The notes beneath the pieces are model-generated. The model saw only the letters and a list, made by a program, of their open reading frames with translations, was not told where the DNA came from and did not search any database. Below, piece by piece: positions 9,620 to 19,379 of a DNA stretch of 60,165 nt. The stretch lies in the sequence record LR025195.1; one strand, given 5' to 3'. Origin of the DNA: Escherichia phage vB_Eco_SLUR76. Every line of letters starts with the position of its first letter. Position 1 is the stretch's first letter. A program made the position numbers and the translations under genes.

Positions 9620-10273
9620 ATGAGAGTAACAATTATATCTGATGCAAGTTTTTGTCCAAATACAAAAGCTGCGGGATACGGTGGATGGGTAGTGTGCAAC
9701 CGTGGAAATAACGCTAACGGTGGACCGTTACGCGGAGCTCCTGATAATAATGCAGCTGAAACAATGGCAATCTGTAATGTTATTTGGGAGGGAATGAAGG
9801 CTAAATTAATCCATCCGGGCGATCATTTAATTGTGCAAACAGATTGTTCAACAGCTATTAAAGTGTATAAAGAAGCAAGCTGGAAAAGTGAACAGGAAGG
9901 TGTAGCTTTCAAATGGTTGAACGATCAATTGCGTAAATATAATCTAACTATTGAGTTCCGCCACGTTAAAGGTCATACGAGCACGCAAGACCAACGTAGT
10001 AAAGCACAAAGATTCTGCGATGAACGTGCGCGTTCTGCTATGCGATTGGAAAGAAGCAAAATCCGTTTGCAGGAATGCAAAGAGCTTATTTCCGAAGCAA
10101 AGAAAAAGGAAAATAGACCTAAAAAGGGCAGCGGACATTTACGTCGCAATACTCGTATGAAAGAGAAAGCTCAAAAAGCTGCAACCGTTTGGCGGCGTTC
10201 TATGGGTAAAGGTATGGGCGTAAATTCAATTACAACTCGCTCAGACTGGTCAGACTTTGACTATGAAATGTAA
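9620..10273 (+). CDS. RNase H-like protein with lysine-rich C-terminus
   Basis: RNase H-type acidic residues in the pattern ISDASF...GYGGW, ETMAI and QTDCS. Confidence 0.5.
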   Translation: MRVTIISDASFCPNTKAAGYGGWVVCNRGNNANGGPLRGAPDNNAAETMAICNVIWEGMKAKLIHPGDHLIVQTDCSTAIKVYKEASWKSEQEGVAFKWLNDQLRKYNLTIEFRHVKGHTSTQDQRSKAQRFCDERARSAMRLERSKIRLQECKELISEAKKKENRPKKGSGHLRRNTRMKEKAQKAATVWRRSMGKGMGVNSITTRSDWSDFDYEM

Positions 10274-10282
10274 GGAGGGTAT

Positions 10283-11197
10283 ATGGCATTCAAGCCACAT
10301 TTAGCGACTGACGCGGTTGAAAAAAAGATTAAGTTTCCGTGCTGTATACTGCCTAAAATCGACGGTGTGCGCGGTTTAAATCCGGACGGGCAGATAGTAG
10401 GGCGAAGCTTAAAGCTGTTTAAAAACCGCCATACAAGCGCAATTTTCAGCGGTCCCCAGTACATGGGCTATGACGGTGAACTTGCAGCAGGGTTGGAAAC
10501 AGATCCAGACCTGTGTCGTAAAACAACCAGTGCGGTAAATACAATTGAAGGTGAACCGTTGCTAATATGGCACATCTTTGATCTGTGTGCGGAAAGTGTA
10601 GCAGAGCTGGGGTATGAAGCTCGCTACAACATGATGAAAGACTTTATAACCACACAGCACGCGAAGGGTGAATTGTTCGACCTGAAAGTGGTAGAGATGC
10701 ATGTGGTTAAGTCTTTACAAGAGCTGCTCTACTGGGAAAACATCTGGCTTGATATGGGTTATGAAGGTATTATTATCCGTGATCCTGACAAGCCTTATAA
10801 ACATGGGCGCGGCACAGTTCGTGAAGGTGGATACCTTCGTATTAAACGCTTTATTCAGGAAGACGCTATCGTCCTTGATATTATTGAGGGTGAAACTAAT
10901 CTTAATGAAGCTACTGTTAACGAGCTGGGAAGGACTACACGATCTTCACATCAGGAAAATAAAGTTCCTAACGGTATGATCGGGACGTTGGTTTGTAAAG
11001 ACGTTAAGACGGGCAATACAATCAACGTTAGTCCTGGTAAACTAACGCAAGAGGATAAGATTTATTATTGGAATAACCCTGACAAAATTAAAGGTCGGAC
11101 TATTTCATATAAACACTTCCCTCATGGCGTGAAAGATAAACCGCGTTTTGCAAACTTTATGCATTTCCGCGATGAAAGTGATCAGGCTTTAGATTAA
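10283..11197 (+). CDS. ATP-dependent DNA ligase
   Basis: Nucleotidyltransferase motif I KIDGVRG, motif III DGEL, motif IV EGIIIR, motif V LRIKR; RBS aaggaggg. Confidence 0.8.
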   Translation: MAFKPHLATDAVEKKIKFPCCILPKIDGVRGLNPDGQIVGRSLKLFKNRHTSAIFSGPQYMGYDGELAAGLETDPDLCRKTTSAVNTIEGEPLLIWHIFDLCAESVAELGYEARYNMMKDFITTQHAKGELFDLKVVEMHVVKSLQELLYWENIWLDMGYEGIIIRDPDKPYKHGRGTVREGGYLRIKRFIQEDAIVLDIIEGETNLNEATVNELGRTTRSSHQENKVPNGMIGTLVCKDVKTGNTINVSPGKLTQEDKIYYWNNPDKIKGRTISYKHFPHGVKDKPRFANFMHFRDESDQALD

Positions 11198-11262
11198 AAA
11201 GTAATTGAGGGTTCAAAGTATATTACGTTACAATGAGCGCGAACTTAAAAGAGAGGCGTTAA

Positions 11263-11991
11263 ATGGCCATTGAAATTAAAATGTCTTCACAAGTTGTGCA
11301 GGACACAGGTGTTAAAATTCTGGTTTACGGTGAAGCAGGTATGGGTAAAACCAGCCTTGTAGCCACACTACCTAAACCAATTTTAATCAGCGCAGAATCC
11401 GGTCTGTTGTCTATTGCAGCGGAAAACCTTAACCGTGTTTATGGTAACATGGGTTTGCCCATCGTTTACGATATTCCGGTAATTGAAGTGAAATGTCTGG
11501 AAGACGTTGAAGCGGCTTATCAGTGGTGCGTAACTCCAGCTAACCAGCAGTATTTCGATTCTATTGCGCTTGACAGCTTGAGCGAAATTGCTGAACAATG
11601 TTTAAACAACGCGAAAAAGGGAACGAAAGATCCTCGTCAAGCTTATGGTACTTTGCTTGAAAAGATGCAAGATCTGATCCGTAAATTTCGCGATATTCCT
11701 GGCAAACATGTTTATATGTCTGCTAAAATGGGCAAAGACAAAGATGAAGTCTCCGGTGTTACCGCGTATGCTCCATCTATGCCTGGATCCAAATTGGGGC
11801 AAATGCTCCCTTACTTCTTCGACGAAGTATTTCGTCTGAATGTAAATAAGGATCAGCAAGGTAACTCGTATCGTTACTTGCAAACTCAACCGGACTTTAA
11901 TACAATCGCTAAGGATCGTTCGGGACGTTTAGATGCGGTTGAAGTCCCACACTTAGGTTCTGTTATCAACAAAATGAAAGGTATTAACTAA
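11263..11991 (+). CDS. RecA-like ATPase (Sak4-like recombination ATPase)
   Basis: Walker A GEAGMGKTS; about 240 aa, typical of phage Sak4-type ATPases. Confidence 0.6.
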   Translation: MAIEIKMSSQVVQDTGVKILVYGEAGMGKTSLVATLPKPILISAESGLLSIAAENLNRVYGNMGLPIVYDIPVIEVKCLEDVEAAYQWCVTPANQQYFDSIALDSLSEIAEQCLNNAKKGTKDPRQAYGTLLEKMQDLIRKFRDIPGKHVYMSAKMGKDKDEVSGVTAYAPSMPGSKLGQMLPYFFDEVFRLNVNKDQQGNSYRYLQTQPDFNTIAKDRSGRLDAVEVPHLGSVINKMKGIN

Positions 11992-12878
11992 TGACTATGC
12001 CAACTAATTTCCACTTTGACGCGAGCAGCTATCAAGCACCTTCTTACGGCGCATTGCCGAAAGGTTGGTATAAAGCAGTAATTGAAGCATCTGAATTTAA
12101 ACCGACCAAAAATGGCGGTATGGCGATCCAGGTAACGTTTAGCATCATTGATGGTTTTGCTAAAGGTCGTAAAATCTTTGCTCGTTACAACGTTATCAAC
12201 GACAACGAAGATACTGTGCGTATTGCATACGAACAACTGGGCGCGCTTTCCCATGCGGTTGGCGTAATTCGCTGGGATACTCCTGCTCAACTGCATAACA
12301 TTCCGCTGAACCTGCGTCTGAAAGTTCGTTCTCAGGAAGGTTATGAAGACAGCAACGAGCCTAACGGTTATGCTAACATCAACGATCCGGTTAAGTATGC
12401 AGAAAAAGAAGCAGGTGCTCCAGCAATGGGTGCTCAAGCGGCAGTAGCTAACCCGTTCGGTGCAGGTGCGCCAGCACAGCAGCCAGCTTTCCCGGGCGCA
12501 GCACCTCAGCAACCAGCAGCTAACCCGTTTGCACAGCAACAGCAAGCGCCTGTACAGCAGCAAGCTCCGGTGCAGCAACAGCAGCCAGTTCAGCAGCCTG
12601 TGCAGCAGCAACCAGCACCACAGCAGGGCGCAGCAGCACAACCGTGGCAGAATGCCGCACCGCAGCCGTGGGATAATCCTGCTCAAAACGCAGCACCACA
12701 GCAGCCAGTGCAGCAAGCTCCGGTACAGCAGCCAGTAGCACCGGATGCAGCCCAGCAGCCGTGGGCGCAGCAGGTAGCACAGCCGGGTCAGGCAGCAGCG
12801 CCTCAGCAGCAAGCTCAGCCGCAGCAGCAAGCTGAACCGCATCCAGCACAAGCAGCAGTCCCGCCGTGGCAGCAGTAA
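11991..12878 (+). CDS. Putative ssDNA-binding protein (DUF669-like) with Q/P/A-rich low-complexity C-terminal tail
   Basis: Position next to the Sak4-like ATPase; C-terminal 150 aa are QQQAPVQQ repeats. Confidence 0.45.
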   Translation: MTMPTNFHFDASSYQAPSYGALPKGWYKAVIEASEFKPTKNGGMAIQVTFSIIDGFAKGRKIFARYNVINDNEDTVRIAYEQLGALSHAVGVIRWDTPAQLHNIPLNLRLKVRSQEGYEDSNEPNGYANINDPVKYAEKEAGAPAMGAQAAVANPFGAGAPAQQPAFPGAAPQQPAANPFAQQQQAPVQQQAPVQQQQPVQQPVQQQPAPQQGAAAQPWQNAAPQPWDNPAQNAAPQQPVQQAPVQQPVAPDAAQQPWAQQVAQPGQAAAPQQQAQPQQQAEPHPAQAAVPPWQQ

Positions 12879-12903
12879 GATAACCCTCCCTCTGTAGTGT
12901 CCA

Positions 12904-12930
12904 TAAGCCGTCGAAAGACGGCTTATTTTT
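12904..12930 (+). terminator. Rho-independent terminator
   Basis: Hairpin ataagccgtc-gaaa-gacggcttat followed by ttttt. Confidence 0.7.
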
Positions 12931-12943
12931 CTAAGGTATTCCA

Positions 12944-13852
12944 ATGGCTATTTATATTGCAGAAAAAACACTTCAAGCGATCAATGACGGTGTGCAAAAA
13001 GATCAGGGTGGGACTTACCGTAAGTATCTTGGCGTAGTCATCCCCACAATTGAAGACGCTTATCGCCCTGAAAGCGGTAACCGCAGTCACTTAGGCGCTT
13101 CCCTTATTGGGCAGCAATGCGCACGCAAGCTTTTCTATGGATATCGCTGGGCTACACGCAAAGAGTTTGACGGACGCCAGCTTCGACTGTTTAACCGCGG
13201 ACATCTGGAAGAAGCCCGTTTCATTGCTATGCTGCTTGCGGCAGGTATGCAGGTCTACCAGCAGGACGAAAATGGACACCAGTTCCGTATCAGCGAAGCT
13301 GGCGGACACTTTGGCGGTTCCTGCGATGGTGTGGTTATAGGTTGTCCGGACGTGCAGCCTGGGATGCCTGTGCTCACCGAAATGAAGACACATAACGATA
13401 AGTCTTTTAAAAAGCTGAAAGCTAAAGGTGTTAAAGAAGCCAAACCTGAGCACTATGTACAGATGAACGTGTACATGCGAAAACTAGGTCTTGGCGCAGC
13501 GTTATATCTTGCTGTAAACAAGAATGACGATGAAGTTTACGCAGAAATTATTCCGTTTGATCCTGTTACCGCGGACATGTATATTGATCGTGGTGTGCAG
13601 ATTGCTATTGCTACAGATATTCCGGACCGCGCATTTAAAGATTCCACTTTCTTCGAATGTAAATGGTGCGATCACTCCTCACTATGCTGGCGTAAAACTA
13701 TGCCGGAAGTAAACTGCCGCACATGTCAATTCCTTGAGCCAAAAGAAGATGGAACATGGTATTGCAATTTCCATTCCGCCGCAGTGGATACGCAAGGGCA
13801 GAAAGTTGGTTGTCAAAACTATCAAGTAGCTAATTATTACGGGAAAGATTGA
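12944..13852 (+). CDS. Cas4/RecB-like PD-(D/E)xK exonuclease with Cys cluster
   Basis: CDGVV and TEMKT (D / ExK), N-terminal Cys plus C-terminal CKWCDHSSLC. Confidence 0.65.
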   Translation: MAIYIAEKTLQAINDGVQKDQGGTYRKYLGVVIPTIEDAYRPESGNRSHLGASLIGQQCARKLFYGYRWATRKEFDGRQLRLFNRGHLEEARFIAMLLAAGMQVYQQDENGHQFRISEAGGHFGGSCDGVVIGCPDVQPGMPVLTEMKTHNDKSFKKLKAKGVKEAKPEHYVQMNVYMRKLGLGAALYLAVNKNDDEVYAEIIPFDPVTADMYIDRGVQIAIATDIPDRAFKDSTFFECKWCDHSSLCWRKTMPEVNCRTCQFLEPKEDGTWYCNFHSAAVDTQGQKVGCQNYQVANYYGKD

Positions 13853-13853
13853 T

Positions 13854-15830
13854 ATGCAACTCCGCGATTATCAACAGGAAGCAGTTTATAGCGTATTCCG
13901 CTATTTTGATGCTGAAAAGGGTAACGCGGGGAACCCTTTGATCCTGTTACCAACAGGGACAGGAAAATCGCTCGTTATCGCGGGGTTCCTCGATCTGCTT
14001 TACAAATGGTATCCAAACCAGCGCGTAATGATGTTAACTCACGTCAAAGAGTTAATTGCACAAAACTATGATAAATTAATGAAAGTCTGGCCCGAAGCGC
14101 CAGCAGGTATTTACAGCGCGGGTTTGAAGCGTAAAGAAGTCTACAATCTTATTACCTTTGCAGGGATTGCGTCCGTTGCTAAGCATCCGAAAAAGTTCGG
14201 CAAAGTTGATCTTATTTTTGTGGATGAAGCACACCTTATTAGTCCGCGTGATGCAACAATGTATAAGAAGTTCTTTGCAGCGTTGCGTGAAGTTAACCCG
14301 TATTTAAAAATCATCGGTCTTACCGCTACACCTTATCGACTGGGGTATGGTTCAATTGTTAAGGAAAACGAAGACGATGATGCGTTATTTGATAAGGTAA
14401 CGTTCGATGCAACTACTCCGGAAGCCTTCAACTGGTTCCTGGAGCAAGGTTATCTTCTTCCGGTTGTGCCAAAGCGTACTAAGATGGAACTGGACCTCAA
14501 CGGGGTAGGTAAACGCGGCGGTGAGTTTATCCAGAGTGAGCTGCAAAGTGCGGTAAACCGCGATGACGCAACACTCCGCGCACTTGAGGAAGCAATTGAA
14601 TGTGGTGAAGACCGTCAAAGCTGGCTTATATTTTGTTCTGGTATTGAACACGCTAAAGACGCCTGCGATATGCTGAACGATATGGGTATTAGCTGTGGAT
14701 GTATTCACTCTAAGCTTGATGCAAAAGAACGTGACGAGATTATTGAAAAGTTCAAGCGCGGTGAATTTCGTGCATTAACTAACAATAACGTCTTAACCAC
14801 AGGTTTTGATCATCCAATGCTTGACCTGATCATCATGCTCCGCCCTACTGCGTCGGCGGTGCTATGGGTTCAGATGCTGGGTCGCGGTACGCGTCCGGTA
14901 TACGCGGAGGGCTTTGATCTTTCCACGCAGGAGGGGCGCTTACAAGCTATTGCGGCAAGCCCTAAGCAGAACTGCCTTGTACTGGATTTCAGCGGTAATA
15001 CGCGCCGTTTGGGCCCTATTAACGACCCTGTTAAACCCAAGCGCCCGGGCGAAAAAGGTGCTGGTACTGCTCCGGTTAAAGAATGCGATGTATGTGGGTC
15101 GTATAATCATGCATCCGCTCGCTATTGCGGTGGCTTCGCACCAATCCCAATGGACAGCGTCACACAGGAACAAGTTCAACAATTATATCTGAAAGGATTT
15201 AGGCTACGCGGGACGGATTACGTTAAAGAAGGCTTTTGCGGTCATGAGTTTAAGTTCCAGACCAAACTCAAGAAAGCTGCAAGTACGGAAGCCCTGATCA
15301 AGCAGGATATTCCAGTAGTTGAAGACTTCAAAGTTACGCATGTTACTTATGCAAAGCATACTAAACGCAATGACAGCTCTAAACCTCCAACAATGAAGGT
15401 GACTTATTATTGCGGTAGTAAAATATTCAGTGAATGGGTAGCTCTGCTTCATGGGGACTGGGCAGGTCGTAAAGCTGTCGCATGGTGGAAGAAAAGGACA
15501 CATTTACCTTTACCACAAACTATTGAAGAAGCTCTTGATGTTGCTGCAATGCTTAAAACACCAAAATACATCAAAGTTCATACCAATAAGAAATGGCCTG
15601 AGATATTGAACTATGATTATGATGGTACTTGTTTCGGTAAGTTTGAAGCTCCACAGGACGACGAAGCAATTCAGGTTAAAGTATACGGTCAGGATGGAAC
15701 AACGGAAGGTCCAAGCTATAACGATGATGTAAGCTGGGACGATATTGTTTCGCAGAATACGCAAGGTATAACGGTGAACAATGTGGTTAACCCTGTACAA
15801 GTAGATGATCCTGATTACGTTCCGTTCTAA
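13854..15830 (+). CDS. Superfamily 2 DNA helicase (DEAH-type) with C-terminal zinc ribbon
   Basis: Walker A PTGTGKS, Walker B FVDEAH, helicase C motifs, CDVCGSYN...YCGG. Confidence 0.8.
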   Translation: MQLRDYQQEAVYSVFRYFDAEKGNAGNPLILLPTGTGKSLVIAGFLDLLYKWYPNQRVMMLTHVKELIAQNYDKLMKVWPEAPAGIYSAGLKRKEVYNLITFAGIASVAKHPKKFGKVDLIFVDEAHLISPRDATMYKKFFAALREVNPYLKIIGLTATPYRLGYGSIVKENEDDDALFDKVTFDATTPEAFNWFLEQGYLLPVVPKRTKMELDLNGVGKRGGEFIQSELQSAVNRDDATLRALEEAIECGEDRQSWLIFCSGIEHAKDACDMLNDMGISCGCIHSKLDAKERDEIIEKFKRGEFRALTNNNVLTTGFDHPMLDLIIMLRPTASAVLWVQMLGRGTRPVYAEGFDLSTQEGRLQAIAASPKQNCLVLDFSGNTRRLGPINDPVKPKRPGEKGAGTAPVKECDVCGSYNHASARYCGGFAPIPMDSVTQEQVQQLYLKGFRLRGTDYVKEGFCGHEFKFQTKLKKAASTEALIKQDIPVVEDFKVTHVTYAKHTKRNDSSKPPTMKVTYYCGSKIFSEWVALLHGDWAGRKAVAWWKKRTHLPLPQTIEEALDVAAMLKTPKYIKVHTNKKWPEILNYDYDGTCFGKFEAPQDDEAIQVKVYGQDGTTEGPSYNDDVSWDDIVSQNTQGITVNNVVNPVQVDDPDYVPF

Positions 15831-15845
15831 TTGACTTCAACATCT

Positions 15846-15868
15846 AATGCCCCTACTATTGGGGCATT
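15846..15868 (+). terminator. Rho-independent terminator
   Basis: Hairpin aatgcccc...ggggcatt with a T-rich tail. Confidence 0.55.
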
Positions 15869-15889
15869 ACTTATTTATAGGGGATTGCA

Positions 15890-16384
15890 ATGTACGTCCT
15901 AATTGATACAGATAAATTTGAACTCTTGGCAAAACATCCCAATTGGTTGACACTACACCAACTTGGAATTATCTGTTGCCCGGAGTCAACACTGGTAACA
16001 CCAGTAAACGATTTAAAAGATCTTGAAGATGTTGATCTTCAAATGCTTTATATTAACCTGACAGAAAACTTAGGAGCTGCACCATATGAACGGGAAATCG
16101 TTGAGCGCATTTTGTCTGATTACTTTACGCAACTTCCAGAAACAATCCTGGATCACACCCAAATTAGCGCACAAGCCGAATTCTGTGTGGAATATGATAT
16201 CCAGGGCTTTTGCTCGCCTCAACTTGGGCAATACGTACCGTCAATGGATGAAGGACTTTGGAAACCTGCCCGTGTCAAATACGATGCTGAACGGGAGGGT
16301 GGTATTATTTCCGGTGCCAGGGTCATTTGTGAGCAACCCGCATTGCAAGCAGCATGGACACCGGGCAGAGGTGCGAAGAGCTAA
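15890..16384 (+). CDS. Hypothetical protein
   Basis: 164-aa ORF. Confidence 0.55.
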   Translation: MYVLIDTDKFELLAKHPNWLTLHQLGIICCPESTLVTPVNDLKDLEDVDLQMLYINLTENLGAAPYEREIVERILSDYFTQLPETILDHTQISAQAEFCVEYDIQGFCSPQLGQYVPSMDEGLWKPARVKYDAEREGGIISGARVICEQPALQAAWTPGRGAKS

Positions 16385-16511
16385 TAAGTTCTAACCCTGA
16401 TCAAAAATATTTTTAAAAATGTTTATGTAAGGGGTTGCGTGTCACAAAATCCTTTGGTACATTTAACCCCGTTGGTAACAAACGAACCCATAATAATTCG
16501 GAGTGAAGAAA

Positions 16512-17315
16512 ATGAGTAATATTGAAGATAAGAAAGCCGCTGCTGCCGCAGCCGCTGCTGCCGCTGCAAAATCTGCTAAGACTGCAAAGAAAGAAGCTAC
16601 TGCTAACGACGCAGAAGCTAAAAAAGCCGCTGCCGCTGAAGCTGCACGCGTAGCAAAAGAGAAAAAAGAAGCAGAGAAAAAAGCTGCCGCTGAAAAGAAA
16701 CAAGCTGAAATTCGTATTGAAGCGGAAAATAAATTTACCGCTCTTTCCCAGGCAGTTGAAACCGTGAAGTTTGCTTTATCCGGTATTACCGATGAAAGCA
16801 CTGTTGAACAGATTACGGAAGCAGAATCTAAGGGTTCCGAACAGCTGAAGCATTTAAAGAATGCTCTGAAAGAGCTGAAAGCAGTTGTTAAAAAATCCAA
16901 AGGTGAAGATCTGTCCGGTGCAGTAACTGCTGCTCAGAGCATGGTCGACGAACTGGATTCGTCTATCAAAGGCTTCAAAGACAAGATCCGCGCTGCTAAA
17001 CAGGCTGAAAAGGCTGCTGAAAAAGCCCGCGAAAAAGCTGAACGTGAAAAAGCGAAAGAAGCGAACCGTATGCCTGAACAGAATGGTGTTCGTCGTCCGC
17101 AACCGGAAACTTCCTGCGGTCGTGCCTGGGCTCTGATGGATCAGATTAGCGCTACGCTGGGTCAGCCTGCTCCGATCTCTTATGTTCTGAATCTGGCTGG
17201 TCGCCACGGTCTGAACGAAGATACTGTTAAAACTCAGTATGCGCGTTGGAAGAAGTTTAATGGTGTGACTGGTCGCGTACCTATGCCAGTACCGGAAGCC
17301 CTGAACGGCTTGTAA
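16512..17315 (+). CDS. Lys/Ala/Glu-rich histone-H1-like protein with structured C-terminal domain
   Basis: RBS ggag; the N-terminal 170 aa are low-complexity KAAAEKK repeats. Confidence 0.55.
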   Translation: MSNIEDKKAAAAAAAAAAAKSAKTAKKEATANDAEAKKAAAAEAARVAKEKKEAEKKAAAEKKQAEIRIEAENKFTALSQAVETVKFALSGITDESTVEQITEAESKGSEQLKHLKNALKELKAVVKKSKGEDLSGAVTAAQSMVDELDSSIKGFKDKIRAAKQAEKAAEKAREKAEREKAKEANRMPEQNGVRRPQPETSCGRAWALMDQISATLGQPAPISYVLNLAGRHGLNEDTVKTQYARWKKFNGVTGRVPMPVPEALNGL

Positions 17316-17340
17316 TATCAAAACATATCACGTTATAATG

Positions 17341-17369
17341 AAAGCGCCCAATGAGGCGCTTTCTTTTTC
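17341..17369 (+). terminator. Rho-independent terminator
   Basis: Hairpin aaagcgcc-caatga-ggcgcttt followed by ctttttc. Confidence 0.7.
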
Positions 17370-17384
17370 ACTAGAGGATTTAAG

Positions 17385-18092
17385 ATGAATATTAATCAAC
17401 AAGCTCCCGAGTCCCGTTCTAAAGAAAACGATATGTATTTAGACGTGCATTCGGTATTCTCTACCATTCAGGGTGAAGGTCCATTCTGCGGCCAACCTGC
17501 TGTATTTGTGCGTCTTGCTGGGTGTAATCTGCAATGCCCTGGCTGTGATACCGATTATACTGTTGGTCGTAGTCTTTATCATATTGTCGATATTATGCGT
17601 TTAATCGAAAGCCGTAAGCTGGAATCAGGTAATAGCACCTCACTTGTGGTTATCACTGGGGGTGAACCGTTCCGTCAGCAAATTAACCCGTTTATTGAAC
17701 AACTGTTATCGCGCGGCTATTTGGTGCAAATTGAAACTAATGGGTCTATGCCTTTACCTAAGAACTTTTCCCAGTTACCTATAATTGTATGTAGTCCCAA
17801 GACCTCAAAGATTCATCCTTCTGTGCTGCGCCGCGCTAATGCATTTAAATATGTACTTAAAGCGTGCTGTGTAAACGTGGAAGATGGTTTACCTCTTCAA
17901 GCATTAGATCATCAAGCTACGCCATTTATCGCTAGACCTCCGAAGGGTTTCAAGGGTAAGATATATTTACAGCCAATGGACGAGCAGGATGAAGACCTTA
18001 ACCACAGTAATATCCAAGCCGTTGTCCAAAGCTGTATGAAACACGGTTACACGTTGCAGCTTCAGGTTCACAAATATATCGGAGTGGAATAA
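17385..18092 (+). CDS. queE: 7-carboxy-7-deazaguanine synthase QueE (radical SAM)
   Basis: Radical-SAM cysteine motif CNLQCPGC and QGEGPF; QueE length. Confidence 0.8.
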   Translation: MNINQQAPESRSKENDMYLDVHSVFSTIQGEGPFCGQPAVFVRLAGCNLQCPGCDTDYTVGRSLYHIVDIMRLIESRKLESGNSTSLVVITGGEPFRQQINPFIEQLLSRGYLVQIETNGSMPLPKNFSQLPIIVCSPKTSKIHPSVLRRANAFKYVLKACCVNVEDGLPLQALDHQATPFIARPPKGFKGKIYLQPMDEQDEDLNHSNIQAVVQSCMKHGYTLQLQVHKYIGVE

Positions 18093-18346
18093 TGCGTGTG
18101 CTAAGCCAGGTTGTGCATACTAAAGATGTTAATTTTTGTGGTGTCACTTTAACCGTTCCAAGTCGAGTTGATTATCTGGCATCCGACAAGGATGGGAAGG
18201 TTTGGGGATATGAAGCAATTCCTCCAGAACTTAGCCATCGCTTTGATAGATGGTTGCCCGCAGATCCGGAAGCTTACGAGTACGATGAAATAGCTGATGT
18301 AGATCTTGAAGGCTTAGACTGGACTCAAACATTAACGGAGGTTTAA
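18092..18346 (+). CDS. Hypothetical protein (inside the deazaguanine island)
   Basis: Translationally coupled ORF between queE and queC. Confidence 0.5.
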   Translation: MRVLSQVVHTKDVNFCGVTLTVPSRVDYLASDKDGKVWGYEAIPPELSHRFDRWLPADPEAYEYDEIADVDLEGLDWTQTLTEV

Positions 18347-18559
18347 ATGATCACTTTGGAAGAAGCGAAACAGCATCAGGAAATGATCACTGAACTGGTA
18401 GAAAAACTTAATTCTTCAATTGCCCACGCTACTATGCAGGGCGTGCATGTAGAATTAGATATTAATTACGTTAGCACAATTGGAGCGCGCAATCACCCAA
18501 TTGTAATGTCTAACGTAACAATTAACCCTTGTGATATTAAAGGTGAAGTAAATGAATAA
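18347..18559 (+). CDS. Hypothetical protein (inside the deazaguanine island)
   Basis: Coupled ORF; overlaps the queC start. Confidence 0.5.
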   Translation: MITLEEAKQHQEMITELVEKLNSSIAHATMQGVHVELDINYVSTIGARNHPIVMSNVTINPCDIKGEVNE

Positions 18560-19259
18560 ATTAGATAAACTGGTATTCCCTGTAAAAAATCATAACTCCG
18601 CCGTTGTCGTCCTGTCTGGCGGCCAGGACAGCGTGACCTGTTTGGGTCTTGCACTTAATAACTATGATAAGGTCTACGCTATTGGTTTTGCATACGGTCA
18701 ACGTCATAACATTGAGCTGGCTTGTGCTAATCAAATTTGTAAAGAGCACGATGTCCCGTTTGTTGTCTTTGAATTACCTGCTTTGAAACAAATTGGCAAT
18801 AGCGCTTTAATCGGGAACGAAGGTGATGTTAACGAACATCACGAACAGCACAACAACCTTCCGGCAAGCTTTGTGCCCAACCGTAATGCTCTTTTCCTGA
18901 CTACCGCGCACGCCTACGCGCAGAAGGTTGGCGCGCGATATGTGGTTACGGGCGTCTGTGAAACGGACTATAGCGGTTATCCGGATTGCCGCCAGCAGTT
19001 TGTAGATTTGCTTGAAGCTACGTTAAACGTTGGATATGAAACAGATATCCATTTTGTTACTCCGCTTATGCGTTTAAACAAAGCGGAAACGTTTGAGCTG
19101 GCGGATAAGGTTGGTTTCTTAACCACAGTAATTGAGCAGTCCCATACGTGCTATAATGGCGTCCGTCGTACTCTGCATGACTGGGGATACGGTTGCGGGG
19201 AATGTCCAGCGTGTAAACTTCGTGCTAAAGGGTACAGCGAATTTATTAGCAAAGCTTGA
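18552..19259 (+). CDS. queC: 7-cyano-7-deazaguanine (preQ0) synthase QueC
   Basis: PP-loop SGGQDS and C-terminal zinc-binding cysteines CYNG...CGECPAC. Confidence 0.85.
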   Translation: MNKLDKLVFPVKNHNSAVVVLSGGQDSVTCLGLALNNYDKVYAIGFAYGQRHNIELACANQICKEHDVPFVVFELPALKQIGNSALIGNEGDVNEHHEQHNNLPASFVPNRNALFLTTAHAYAQKVGARYVVTGVCETDYSGYPDCRQQFVDLLEATLNVGYETDIHFVTPLMRLNKAETFELADKVGFLTTVIEQSHTCYNGVRRTLHDWGYGCGECPACKLRAKGYSEFISKA

Positions 19260-19379
19260 TCTTACCGCGAAAACCGCACCGCTAGCACATTGTTTAGGGT
19301 GCGGTAACCCAACTATACTACTAAAGATTTTAAACCCAACAACCAGCGAATAACGCTGTTAAAACTGGAGAACAAAAGT

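Noticed and set aside
11988-12944. 318-aa minus-strand ORF rich in Leu/Cys/Arg/Trp
   Set aside because: Antisense artefact of the GC-rich Gln/Ala/Pro codon repeats in the SSB-like gene; low-complexity and implausible.
16413-16900. Minus-strand ORFs of 96 and 145 aa
   Set aside because: Antisense to the Lys/Ala/Glu-rich gene; repeat-driven shadow ORFs.
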